NCBI RefSeq assembly: GCF_009914755.1 | Contig: NC_060928.1 | Source of the DNA: the human T2T-CHM13v2.0 reference genome, Homo sapiens | Direction: 5' to 3' (one strand) | DNA: 64,000 nt | In this document: in pieces, positions 1-12,702 of the stretch | Position numbering within the stretch: position 1 is the stretch's first letter | How the letters are laid out: every line of letters starts with the position of its first letter | The notes under the pieces: generated by a model | The model's input: the letters and a program-made list of their open reading frames with translations, nothing else | Database searches by the model: none | What the model was told of the DNA's origin: nothing | Translations under genes and position numbers: made by a program

Positions 1-623
1 TATTCTTCAATGGTGAATGGCTAAACAAAATTTGGTAAATACTGTATATACCATAGAATAGTATTCAGCAATGAAATATTGAAATACAGCAACTTTCATG
101 AATAAAAAAATTATACTGAGTAAAAAGAGCCAATTTCAATGATTCCAGTCATATAACATTTTGAAAATGATAGTTTTAGAAGGGAACTGATTAGTGGTGC
201 TAAGGAGTTAGGAAGGGGGTAAGTTTGGAAAGAGAGAGAGAGAGTATTATAAAAGGACAACAGGAGGAATCCTTAATCCTTATGGTGCTGGAACTCTTCA
301 GTATCATGATTGTGGTGCCGCATGCATGAACCTACACATATAATAAGGTTGTATAGATTTGAATATCTACACACACACACACACATACACACGCACACCA
401 CAACTCTCTCTCTCTCTCTCACACACACACGTGTAAAAGTAAAAAAAAGGAAACCTGGATAAGATAAATGGATGATATGAAAGTCAATATCCCAGATTTG
501 ATATTGTACTATAGTTTTGTAAACTTTTATCATTGGGGAAAGATGAGCAGATTATACACAGGACCTCTTTGTATTATTTATTAAAATTTCATGTGCATCT
601 ACACAATACAAATGTCAATTAAA
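1..623 (+). mobile_element. L1MD/L1MC-type LINE-1 3' UTR fragment with internal (CA)n/(CT)n
   Basis: Old L1 3'-end motifs (gtcaatatcccagatttgatattgtactatagttttg; ggacctctttgtattatt...catgtg) around a CA tract. Confidence 0.7.
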
Positions 624-625
624 CC

Positions 626-815
626 TCAATCATATTGAAAACAGAAAACCAATAGAAAAAAATCAATAAAACCAAAAGCAGTTTTTGTGAAGACCTATAA
701 GTTTAATAAATCTATAGCCACATTTATCTTGAAAAAGAGTAAGAAGTACATCACCAATATCAAGGATAAATGACTTTACTACATATTCTGAAAATATCAA
801 AAGAATATTAAGGTA
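626..815 (+). mobile_element. Old L1 ORF2 fragment
   Basis: atagaaaaaaatcaataaaaccaaaagcagtttttgtgaag resembles the L1 ORF2 'KINETKSWFFEK' region. Confidence 0.6.
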
Positions 816-1279
816 ATAATAGTACACACAGAAAGATGTCAGCGGTCAAAGAGGAAATCACTAAAAAAAGTTGTTTTTTTTTTAATATTGGTGTAGCTGA
901 CAGAAGAAATGCCTGACAATAGATACATAGTATCAGTTATGTTTTATCCTTGTGTTAACAAAAATAGTTGTCATGTTTGAACTCATAGTTAGAAAGACCA
1001 ATATGTAAACAAACAATACACACATCTATTAATGATATTGAGGTTTGAAACAAAATTATTTCTTGAGTCATCAGAAAAAAAGTGAAAATGATTCTTAACA
1101 GCAATGTGACATGAATCTCAACAATGCATTTTATTTAGCTTTTTCTTTTCATATTCCACAACGTGTAGCAGTTCAGATATGATTGATACCAAATGATATC
1201 TCAGAATATTTTAAGTTGCGGGAAAATCAACTTGAATTTGGGAGAAGAAAAAAGATTTGGGGTTCAGCATAAAGTGAAT

Positions 1280-1530
1280 AGATTAGAGGAGGAGACTGAA
1301 AGTGGCCTATTAGGATAATTTTGCAAAACAGGTTGGGTAATTAAGTGTCGAAGTAGAGCTTTAATGGGTGGGCTTAACTCAAATGTATTTTGGAGGTAAT
1401 TTCTAAAAGATTTAGTGATGGACAAGATATGGGGATTTTAACTGGAAGAAAGTAGGAAGGATGATGCCTGCTGCTTATTGTCTATATAACTGGATGCATG
1501 GGCAGTACCATTCATTGAAAAAGAGATGAA
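1280..1530 (-). mobile_element. L2 fragment
   Basis: gtattttggaggta...gatttagtgatgga...aaggatgatgcc...aactggatgcatgggcagtaccattcattga is typical antisense L2. Confidence 0.55.
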
Positions 1531-2170
1531 GAATGTTTTTAGTTAAATAAAAGTGATATCACATTATTAATACAAACTTTAAAAAAGAAGTACCAGAAAC
1601 ATAACTTTGCTTTACTTTAGTGGATAATTTTTTACCTGATCCCAAATAAAATGAACCTTTATAAAACATCAATAGGCATTGGTATTTGTCAATTATAAAA
1701 ACTGATATTATTGAAAAAGTAATAAAACATTTTTGACATTGTTGGGCTTGGAAAAATGGCACAAAATAATGGTCCTAAAAGGAAACTTAAAAATGGCTGA
1801 GAGCATAATTGATAAATAACTAAATAGAAATATTAGTGCTCAAAATTTTTTAAAATCTGAAAATAAAACCATTGTTCTCAGAAAAACTAAAAAAGCAAAG
1901 TAAAATGATCTATATTTCAAGGAAAATAAATTAAGAGTTTAAAAATGTTCAATAGAGTTTACTGCAAAAATATTTCTGAAAGAAAACTCATCAATGTTAA
2001 TATTATTTGCATTAAAATATTTGGTTTTATAGGCATGTAGTGAAAACACTTATTAGATAGAAAATGTGAGGGTCAAAATGATAGTACTCTTCATTTACCG
2101 TCATATTTTGAATGCCTTCTGTGTACTAAGGATTAAACAAATAATGGGGGGTACAAAGTAAATTTCATAG

Positions 2171-2367
2171 TGTGATGGTTAATTTTGTGTCAATTTGACT
2201 GGGCTAAGTGATGCCCAGATAGCTGGTAAAACCTTATTTCTAGGTGTGTCTGTGAGGTGTTTCAGGATGGATTAGTACTTGAATTGGTAGACTGTACATC
2301 AAAAAGATCACACTTACTAGTGCAAATGAGCATTATCTAAAGCCAAAAGAGAACAAAAAAATGTGAA
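2171..2367 (+). mobile_element. MLT2 (ERVL) solo LTR, 5' part (host of nested provirus)
   Basis: Starts tgtgatggttaattttgtgtcaatttgactgggctaag; continues at 8319; TSD catag (2166-2170) / cagag (8735-8739). Confidence 0.85.
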
Positions 2368-3029
2368 TGTATTAGTTACAATTCTCTAGAGAAAGAGAAC
2401 TGTTAACAAAAGCATTATTCATTGATACTTGGTAAAGCATCGTCAGGAAGACTCTATTCAAGATCATTGCAATAGGTGTACAGACCACTGCAATATGATT
2501 TTGCACTCAGGAAGAGAGATTGAGCTCAGCTTTAAATACAGCATGGATATGCCGGAATTTATAACCAAAAAGTAGTGTATGGTTAGTGAATGGGAAATTA
2601 CTAAAATGAGACATCAGGGGTAATGGGAATTCTGGCTAAGCCAACCTAACCAGATTTTTGCTGAAGATAGTTCAGAATAATCAGACATAATGTGGGGGAT
2701 AGTAGAGGATGAAAAAACTGATTAGATGTAAAAGATGATCAAGTATTAAAGGTTGGGGGTTCTTGCTAAATTAACATAGTAGGATTGTTTGCTAAAACTA
2801 TATCTTACAAGGAAGAACACAGTTGGGCTTAGGAAGAAGTTCAGGAGCCTCACTAAAGTTTGGCTAAATAGTGTCTTTGTCAGAATGAATAAAATGTATG
2901 TGTGATCAGATAAAAATATCCATTAAAGTAAAATAAACTTATAACTTATGTTTCTTGTTCTTTTTATTTTAAAAAAGTTTCTATTAATGATGCAATACCA
3001 CTTTTACATAACTAAAAACATATGTTCAT

Positions 3030-3068
<39 letters not shown>

Positions 3069-3520
3069 TTTACTGTAGGAATTAGCTTACATGATTATAG
3101 AGGTTGAGAAGTCTCACAATCTGTAATCTGCAAGCTGCAGAACCAGGAATCGGGAGTTATCGTGGTTTAATTCAGTCCAGTCTGATGACCTGAGAACTAG
3201 ATGGCCAATAGTGCAAGTCTTAGTGTGAGTTTGAAGGCCCATGAACCAGGAGAACTGAATTCCAAAGGCAGGAGAGGATGCTTGTCCCAGCTCAAACACA
3301 AAGAGCACATTTTCCCTCCTCTGCCTTTCTGTTCTATTTGGGCCCTTAATAGATTGTATGATGCTCACCTACATTGGTAAGGGCAATCTTCTTTACTCCG
3401 CCTACCAAGTCAAAAGCTAACCTCTTTCTAAAACATCCTCACAGACACATCTAGAAATAATGTTTTATCAGCTACCTGGGCATTGCTTATCCCACTTAAG
3501 TTGACACATTAACCCTCACT
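2368..3520 (-). mobile_element. MLT2 3' LTR of ERVL provirus (interrupted by MER31 and a templated insert)
   Basis: tgtattag...ttctctagaga at left; ...aagttgacacattaaccctcac at right; followed by the ERVL PPT-side internal sequence. Confidence 0.8.
2401..2882 (-). mobile_element. MER31-type ERV1 solo LTR
   Basis: Reverse complement begins tgacaaagac...ccaaactttagtgaggctcctgaac and ends ...tgttaaca; 4-bp TSD gaac/gaat. Confidence 0.8.
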
Positions 3521-5626
3521 GGTATACACCTTGTCAGTTCGGCACCCATACACATCTTTTTAAATTATACTTAATTTCTAAATAAAAGACAATAACAAGG
3601 TGATATTTTTACCTAACAAAAGCTGTCTCTCAAAAGAACAGTAGTTATCTGCAGGTGATACCAGGACCTCGCTCCAAATGCTGAAGACCTGTACTACCAT
3701 TCACCTATGAGAGCCTGTCACAGGCTTCAAATCCCTATCTGCCACTGCCACCTTAAGCACTATTGGAATGGCTGGTTCAAATGGCACAAGTGGCAGAGAG
3801 GCTTGATAGCAACCTGGACTGGTTGGAGAGCTGACTTTTTTTTGGGGCTTCACTCAAAGACAGTAGCTTTTCAGGTCATTTAGTCAATGAGTCGTAATAA
3901 CTCAAGTTAGGAATATATTGCATTCAAAATCCACATAGACCTATTAGGCTTTGTGATTCTTTCTTGGTTGTAAGAGGAACAGATTCCACAACTTATCCTT
4001 CACTTCAGAAAAACTATCACAATATGCTCCATACCTCTGAACCCCTAGACATTTCACTGAGGTAGAAGGCTCTTAATTTTAAGTTGGGTTAATTTCCTAC
4101 CCTCTGACAAGCAAATGCCCTCACAATATGTCTGGAATAGTTGCTACTTCTCAGTCACTAGACCTAATCAGGATAATCTCATCAATGTAACTGACCAGTG
4201 TAATATCTTGCAGAAGGAAAAAGCAGCGAAGATCCCTGTGAACTAAATTATGACACAGGGCTGGAGAGTTCATATGCCCCTGAGGTAGGACAGTGAAAGT
4301 ATGTTGCTGGCCTTGTCAGCTGAAAGCAAACTCTGGTTGGTCTTAAGGACAGAGATGGAGAAAAACATTTTCCAGATCAATAGCTGCATCTCAGATCCCA
4401 AGGACTGTGTTAATTTGTTCAAGCAATGAAATCACATGTGGTATAGCAGCTACAATGGAAATCATCACTTAGATAAACTAATGGTAATCCACTGTTATTC
4501 TCCAAGGTCTATTTCTTCCACAGAGGCCAAATAGGAGATTTGAATAAGGATGTGGTGGGAATCACCACTCTTGCATCTTTCAAGTCCTTGATGGCGGCAC
4601 TAACCTCTGCAATCCCTTCAGTAATGATATATTGCATTTGATTTATGATTTTGCTAGGTAGAGGCAGTTTTAATGGCTTCCATTTGGTCTGTCTCACCTT
4701 AATAGCCCTCCCTCCACAGGTCAGGGAACCTATGTGGGAATTCTTACAGCTGCAAAGTATGTCTATTCCAATTTTTCATTCTGGAACTGGGGAAGTAATC
4801 ACAAGATGGGTTAACAGATTCACAAGACCCATTCTGAAATGCACCAGAGCTAAAACTCCATGGATCACTTGACCTCCATAAGCCCCTCCTCTGACTGGAA
4901 GCCACAGTGATGTTTTGGGTCTCCTGCGATCAATGTCAGTTCAGAGTCAGTGTCCAGTAGTGTCCAAAGGTCTGAATATTTTATTTCCTAATGCACAGCT
5001 CCTCTGGTAAAAGGCCATAATTCCTTTTGGGGAAGGTTGGAAGAAAAATTCAGGGTACAAATTTTTGATAGTGTACTGGGGACCCATCTCAATGGAACCC
5101 AGCCTCCCTTTTATTTAGTGAGTTCCGGTTCCGGTTCTGGAAACTAACTCAAGTCTGAGAATTAATTGAGGGCCTTTGTTTTTATGTCTTTGTTTTTATG
5201 GTTTGAGTTAGAATTTTGTTCACATAATCTAGAAGTTTTCTGTTTATACAGATCAAGTGAGAATTCAGTAGCCTTTCTTCCTAATTCTCTTTTAGGAACA
5301 CCATGATTAATTAGCTAAAGCCATGGATCTGCACAGACTGTTCTGATTGCTTCTTTGACTCTGCTGTCCATTATGGTAACTACACCCACCTTTTAGTTGG
5401 CAGTTGTCATCATGTTGCCCTTGCCATCCCAGGATCCAATTATTCTCATCTCATTTAGGTTTTTCTATTGAGTGGCTGTGGTTCCCACTACAAATTGTGG
5501 CCTACAGAGAAAAGGAATCACAGAGCTTTTAAGCTCCCCTCACATATTTATTTCTCAAGGTAGTGGTGAAAGTTATTCTTTCTGTACCTTTTCAATGTGG
5601 GAGAGTAGGTGTTAAATGATAAATCC

Positions 5627-5910
5627 GGCCAGGCACGGTGGCTCACGCCTGTAATCCCAGCACTTTGGGAGGCCTAAGCGGGCGGATCACAAGGTCAGGA
5701 GATAGAGACCATCCTGGCTAATACGGTGAAACCCCATCTCCACTAAAAACACAAAAAAATTAGCCGGGCGTGGTGCCGGGCGCCTGTAGTCTCAGCTCCT
5801 CGGGAGGCTGAGGCAGGAGAATGGCGTGAACCCTGGCGGCGGAGCTTGCAGTGAGCCGAGATCGCACCACTACACTCCAGACTAGGAGAGAGAGCAAGAC
5901 TCCGTCTCAA
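5627..5910 (+). mobile_element. AluY lacking a poly(A) tail
   Basis: Full dimer with AluY diagnostics (gagaccatcctggctaa, gaatggcgtgaacc, ggagcttgcagtgag); TSD atgataaatcc/aagataaaccc. Confidence 0.93.
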
Positions 5911-6676
5911 GATAAACCCACTTTAAAATTCCAAATTCCCTAAGCCTTAGGATCCTTTATTTTATGTTAAAGCAGAGGATATTAAGCATTTCCAATTCAC
6001 TCATGGTAGGCCATATTTTGATCTATGTTTTAGCCAAACACCCAAACTGTTACTGTCCTAATTTCGAGAGCGGTAACATTGAATGCAGAATCTCTGCCTA
6101 GTGAGCATATATGAATAAATATAACCTGATCCAAATTTATAATCTTTCCCACCATTATCCTGTGCCCTTAAGATCCAGTTTCATATATGTTCCTTGGATT
6201 TCTGCTTGTCTAATTTAGGAAATATAAGTACTTCTTTTGGAGTGTAGCACACCTCATAGGACACACTTTGTACTTCACCATTAGTATCCTACTAGGAATG
6301 AAGTGTAGTTGTAGGTATATAAGCAAAGAGGGATAGTTCGGGTAAGTCCTGAGGAGAATTAACATTGTCTTGCATGACAATTGCTTTAGAAGAGGTCAAT
6401 ATCATTTCTCAGGCAATTCAGGGTTATTTCCTCCAAAGGAGATGGAAGGGCAGATACCAATGTTGTGGGGAGGCTGCTACAACTAGTGATGGCTTCTGCT
6501 GAAGATAAGAGTCTGCTTCTACTGGAGGTCGAGATACCTCTCCCACTGGCAAAAAATAAATAAATAAATAAATAAATAAATAACAAACAAAAAACACTCT
6601 AATAAAATCTTATCACAATTTAGGAAATCAATGTCACCAGCCTCATCAGGGTCTTCCCATATGTACCTTTCCCAAC

Positions 6677-7097
6677 CATAAGGTTTAGATATCTGTCTGT
6701 TCTAAATCTCATGTAGAAAAGTAATTACCAATGTTAGAGGTGAGGCCTGATGGGAAGTGGTTGGATCAAGGTGGTGAATACCTCAAGAATGGTTTGACAC
6801 CATTCCCTTGGAGATAAGTGAGTTCTCACACAGCTAGTTCACACAAAATCTGGTTGTTTAAAAGTCTGGGACCTCCCGACCATCACCCCGTTGCTCCTGC
6901 CCTCGCCATGTGATGTGCCTTCTCTTGCTTCACTTCTGCTATGATTGTTAATCTCCCTGAGGTCCTCACCAGGAGCAGATGTCAATATCATGCTTCCTGT
7001 ACAGCCTACAGAACCATGAGCCCATTAAACCTCTTTTCTTTATAAATTACCCAGTCCCAGATACTCTTTAATAGTGATGCAAAAACAAACTAATACA
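6677..7097 (+). mobile_element. MST (MaLR, MSTB-like) solo LTR
   Basis: aaatctcatg...aaacctcttttctttataaattacccagtc...actaataca; TSD ccaac/ccagc. Confidence 0.85.
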
Positions 7098-7298
7098 CCA
7101 GCTTACAGGAATACATTGTTTTCCAATAAATGTCCTCACTCTAACATTAGGCAACCTGCAAGTCTGGGTGTTCAGCTTGCACTGTAATTCAGCCAATCAT
7201 GAGATGATGTCCTGTGGTTGATTTTCAGCAATTTTAACCCTGTGACAGACTACAAGAGGGAAGGATATCTTTCAAGGCATACTTGGAAGCTCTTAGGT

Positions 7299-7523
7299 CA
7301 AGCCTGTCTAACCCACATACTGCTGCAGCCTGCATGTGGCCCAGGATGGCTTTGAATGCAGCCCAACACAAATTTATAAACTTTCTTAAAACTTTATGAG
7401 ATTTGTTTTGTGATTTAAGAAATCTCATCAGCAATCATTAGAGTTAGTGTATTTTATGTGTGGCCCAAGACAATTCTGTTTGCAAAATGGCCCAGGGAAG
7501 CCAAGAGATTGGACACCCTTGTG
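7299..7523 (-). mobile_element. MER30 hAT-Charlie DNA transposon
   Basis: gcatgtggcccaggatggctttgaatgcagcccaacacaaat...ggcccagggaagccaagagattggacaccc; 8-bp TSD tcttaggt/acttaggt. Confidence 0.88.
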
Positions 7524-7913
7524 ACTTAGGTCATTTATGCCATGCTTGAACTGAGAATTTGAATTCCTGAGCTCATTGATCTTTTACCACTTTGTCCAGC
7601 AACATTAAGAGTAACCAAACAATGCCATTGTATTTCTTAGCTTTTAAAAAATACTCAAAAGTAGTATATAAATGTCACTTAGCTTTTTGCTTCTTACAAG
7701 TGGTTGATTAGGAGTATTCAATGCAGATGTGGCATAACTCGATAAAAAGGTTCATGCCACGAACTAACTGTACCTTTTTTTCTACTAAAAATAGACTTTT
7801 GATTGTCTTTAGACCAAATGAGATTAGAGAGCCAATTCCAGAAACCCTAGACACAATTCAGAAAACTTATTCTTAATTTTTTTTGCCCTAGAACTACTCT
7901 GAGTATCAAAATC

Positions 7914-8318
7914 TGTATTAGGGTTCTTTGTAAAAAGCAAAACCAATAGAATATAGATAGATTATAAATAGGTGGATGGATAGATAGATAGATAGATAGA
8001 TAAAAAAGGAATTACTCTTAGATTGACTCACACAATTATGAAGGCTGAGAAATTTGTCACTTGCCATCTGCAAGCTGGTGATCTAGTTCAGTTAAACCAA
8101 GAGCACAGTTTTCTCTGCTTTCTGTTATATTTGAACCATCAAGGGATTATATGATGCCCACCCACATTGGTGAGGAAGGTCTTGTTTACTTAGTCTACTC
8201 ATTCTAATGCTCATCTCTTCTGGAAACACCCTCAAAGACACACTAATACGTAAGTTTTCACTAGCTATCTGGTCACTTCTTAGCCCAGTCAAGTTGACAT
8301 ATAAAATTAAACATCACA
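7914..8318 (-). mobile_element. MLT2 5' LTR of ERVL provirus (internally deleted relative to the 3' LTR), with (GATA)n
   Basis: tgtattagggttct...aagttgacatataaaattaaacatcaca; provirus TSD gtgaa (2363-2367) / gtaaa (8319-8323). Confidence 0.85.
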
Positions 8319-8734
8319 GTAAAGGAAAGGTGAATATGCTCTTTGCTTGGGCTGAGGAACCCATCTTCTCATAGCATCAGATATCAGCCATCTTGTTTCT
8401 TGGGCATTTGTACTTGGACTGGTGCTTACACCATTGGCTTCCCTGGTTCTCAGGTCTTCAGGTTTGGACTTGAACTACACCACTGGCTTTCCTCAACTTA
8501 CAGTTTGGAGAAGGAAGATGGTGGAACTTCTCAACCTCCATAATGATGTAAGTCAATCCCTCAATGAATCTCTTTCTGTATTCCTATTAACTCTTTCTGT
8601 ATTCATATTAACAATATTAATAGGACATATATATAACAATAATAATAATATTAATAAGATATACATGTATATACTGCAATATTAATATTAATATCCTATT
8701 AATATTGTTTCTCTGGAGTACCTTGAATAATACA
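8319..8734 (+). mobile_element. MLT2 solo LTR, 3' part
   Basis: ccattggcttccctggttctcaggtcttcaggtttggacttgaactacaccac...gtttctctggagtaccttgaataataca. Confidence 0.85.
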
Positions 8735-10836
8735 CAGAGTGTATTATTGTGCCCTAACTCAGTTAGCTGTCTATTAAAAGAAAAATATTTAATTAATTAA
8801 TTAATAATCATTTGATTATATAATTCATTGTATAATGAATTATATAATTAATAAAAAATATTTAATCAATAAATAATTAAAAAGTATATTATAAACACAA
8901 TAATAATAGTCTGGAAATCTCCCATGTAGATATATTGGAGGATAGAAGTGGTAGAGATAAATTTCATAATGATATGGTAATTTTTATCAGAATGTTATTG
9001 TCCTTTGTCTAGAGTACTCCCAAGGAATTTGGGGATACTCTTAAGGCAGTCTTCCATGTTGCTATGTATGCCAATATTTCCCAATATAGGACAAATGTGA
9101 GGTTACCCAAATAGTACCTTGTAGCAAAACAGCAAATAAAACCAAACCAAGTATCAATAGCTAAACTGTAATAATTGCTGTTTTGCTTTATTATCTCTAA
9201 ATCCAACTCCACGTCAACCTTCTTTTATCTCTGTGTTCTCATCTCTACCCTTATGCACATAGTGTAAATAAGCTTGAGTAACCAAGGTTTTAGTGTGCTC
9301 CTGCCAATTTTAATATAAACTCAAGTTCTCAATAACTTGAAAAAATAGACAAATATTTTTATTCATCTTATTGAATTGATTGAATCTTAGAAACTGTGGT
9401 TGCTTTATTTTCTGTCAGCTAGTGAGGACAGTTTTCTTTGCAACCTCAAGCCTTTTGTCCATGCAAGTAATAATAATAATAACCGGTCCACATTCTACCA
9501 GCTTGGTACTGGTAGAGATGAGATGAGGATGAAAGAAAGATTTCCTTATGGATTCTTTCTTGTGGCCTTTATGGTTAGAAATCCCAGTTTGCAGCTGAGC
9601 CAAAAGAACAATAGGTAAATCCATAGTCATTGAACCTTCGATAGTTGGTATAAGAGTGAATAGACAATAGAAAAATATGAATATTATTATTACCATCATA
9701 ATTACCTAGCTATGTAATCATGAACTTTATCTATAAAACAAAATCTGAGATAATTTCAGGCCTTAGGAGATTCTGTTTCTAGAATGTCAAAAGAAGTTTT
9801 ATATAAATTTACCTGATGATTTCTCTAATATTTAGGGGACAAAATAAAAATAGATTACATTTTTTCCTCCCATCTTTTTGTCTTGCCATAACAATTGCTC
9901 TGCCTCAAGATTGCTGCTAAATATAGTAGAGACATGGCACAGTCAAAAGTGTGTAGTATGAAGTTGGGTCAACTTATCTTTTGGTTTTATTGTCCCTAGA
10001 TTACGTGGTTAAAAAAACAAAAGAGATCAACAGGTTGATTTTTGTCTCACGTCTAGTTTTCAAAGCATGTAATGCCAGGGATCTAAATCTAAATGGAAGA
10101 ATACGTTTCTGCTATTTGTGTTATTATTCTAACATTTCTACTTCCACATAAAATAGCACATATGCTGCTGTGCTATACTGAAACAATAACAAGAAAAAAT
10201 GTCCAAAGTCATATCACCCTACCCTACTTCCTTTTATGTTGTCAGCAATTAATTTTAAATTCTCCAGACATATTTAAATCAAACCTCCAAAATAGTCACC
10301 ATCAATATTCTATCATCATCTGATCTAAGAGCTTTAGAAAGAATGATTCCACCAGCTTCATTACACAAATCCATTTTCTAAAGTATGGAGAGAGAAGTAT
10401 TTTGCCTGATCAAAAAAAAAATCTAAAAAGAGAGATAGGATAAAACCTCATGGGCCTTGCATTGCTAGTTTATTTCTCAGCTACAATCAATGCTCATAAT
10501 TCTTCCAATACCATAGCAGCTAAAGATTAGGAGTGGTGGTGTGGCCTTAGGAATCAAGATGAAGTCATTTAAAATGAATCTAAAACCATTCTAGATATAT
10601 TGAGGTTATCGCATATTACAGAATAGTGTCTTTCCCCAAAATATATTAGACTAAAGGCTTATTTCATATAGTTCAAATTTTATGCATTTCCTTATATGCA
10701 TTGAGCACATGCAATTAAAAGAATAGCTACAGAAAAAAATAAAGTTGGAACGTTGGTGCTAGAAACATAACTTCAAAAGTCTGAGAAATATAATTACAGA
10801 ATGACAGGAAAGACATCTCTCACGCAACAAGATTAA

Positions 10837-11146
10837 GACCAAAATGGAATAAAATTAGAAATCAATACAGATAAAAAAATTTGAAATTATACAAGTACAG
10901 GGAAGTTAAACAACATGCCCTTGAATGACCAATGGATTAATAAAGAAGTTAAGAAAGTAATAAAAAAATTTTTGAAACAAATGAAAATAAAAACACAGCA
11001 TACTACAACCGATAGGATACAGCAAAAGCAGTACTAAGGGGTAAGTTTACAGCAATAAATACCTCCATCAGAAAAGCAGAAATATTTCAAATAAATAACC
11101 TAACCCTGCAACTCCAGGAACTCAAAAAGCAAGAGCAAATGAAATG
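10837..11146 (+). mobile_element. L1 ORF2 fragment (end of endonuclease region)
   Basis: aatggaataaaattagaaatcaata...gatacagcaaaagcagtactaagggg. Confidence 0.8.
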
Positions 11147-12702
11147 AGGAAGATGGAGCAAGCTGGCTAGATATAACCATCGAGTGACAGTTCCAACCAC
11201 CAGAAGAACACAAATTGAACAACTATCTATGCAAGAAAGCACCTCCATGAGGGCCAAAATATCAGTTCTCTCAAGAAAGATGGATACAAACAAGGTCAGA
11301 CGGCGAAGACTGGTATAAAATGCCCAGACATTGATGAATGTCCATAAACTTTAAGAATATCCAGTAAAACATGACCTCACCAAACAGACTAAATAAGGCA
11401 TCAGTGACCAATTCTGGAGTGATAGAGATTTATGACTTCTCAGCTAGGGAATTCAAAATAACTGTCTTGAGGAAGCTCAATGAGCTTCAAGAAAACACAG
11501 AGAAAAATTCAGAATTCTATCAGAGAACTTTAATAGAAAGATTGAAATAATTTTTCGGAATCAGGTAAAAAATCTAGAGCTAATAAATTCAATTGACAAA
11601 CTAAAAAATGGGTTTCAACAGAAAAATTGATCAAGGAGAAGAAAATAAAAGTGAGTGTAAATGCAGGCTTTTTGAAAATACACAGTCAGAAAGGAAAAAA
11701 TAGAAAAAGAACAATGAAAAACGCCCATGAGATGTAGAATATAACCACAAAAGGGCAAATTTAAGGGATATTATCCTTGAAGAAGATGTAGAGGAAGAAA
11801 TTGGGGTAGAAGGTTTATTCAAAGAAATAACAGAGAACTTTCCAAACATAAAGTTATGAATATCCAGGTACAAGAAGGTCAAAGAACACTAAGAGGATCC
11901 CACCCAAATAAAAACTACCTCAAGACATATTATAAGCTAACTACCAAAAGTCAAGGACAAAGGAAATATTCTAAAAGCATCAATAAAAAAAGAAGCAACT
12001 AACATATAAAGGAGCTATGATACATTTTGCAGCAGACTTCTCAGCAGAAACTTTATAGGCTAGAAGAGAATGGAATGGCATAATCAAAATGTGAAGGGAA
12101 AAAAAAAACTTTTTAGTAAAATACTGTATCCAGCAAAGCAAGGTTATCTTTCAAGCATGAAGGAGAAATAAAGACTACCTCTAGACAAACAAAAGCTGTG
12201 AAAATTCATAAACACTAGACCTGTTTTAAAATTAACGCTAAAGAGAATTCTTCAATCAGAATAAAAAGACGTTAATATACAACAAGAAATCATTTGGTTG
12301 TATAAAATGCACTGATAAAAGCCAGTAGAGAGACAATACAGAATACTCTAACACTGTAATTGCAATGGATAAACCAAAGATATCTTTAGTTCAAAGACTA
12401 AAAGGCTAACCTATCAAAAACAATAATAACTACAACAATTTGTTGAGAGATAGACAATAAACCAAAATGTAGAGACTACAAAAGGTCCAAAAGTGGGAAG
12501 GAATTAAAGTATAGAGTTTTTAGTTTTCTCTCGGCTCTTTTTTTCTAGTTCCTCCTTTTTTTTTTTTTATCTCAGCTAAGTTTTATTAGTTTAAAATGAC
12601 TAGTTAAAATATGTTTTTGTAAGCTTCATTGTAGCCATAAGGCAATGATAATATATACATAAAAATAATAAAAAAGCAAGAAATTAAAACATTCTACCAG
12701 AA
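11147..12702 (+). mobile_element. L1M/L1MA 5' end with large 5'UTR deletion, ORF1 and inter-ORF region
   Basis: aacacaaattgaacaactatc...aagaaagcacct 5'UTR start, then ORF1 motifs (atgacctcaccaaac, gcagacttctcagcagaaac). Confidence 0.8.

Larger units (their letters stand above)
3521..7913 (-). mobile_element. HERV-L/ERVL internal region (degenerate gag-pol, large deletions)
   Basis: ORF 4509-4697 KWKPLKLPLP...IAEVSAAIKDLKDARVVIPTTSLFKSPIWP is ERVL pol/RT-like; minus-strand start gattttgatactcagagtagttctag matches the ERVL internal 5' end. Confidence 0.88.
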
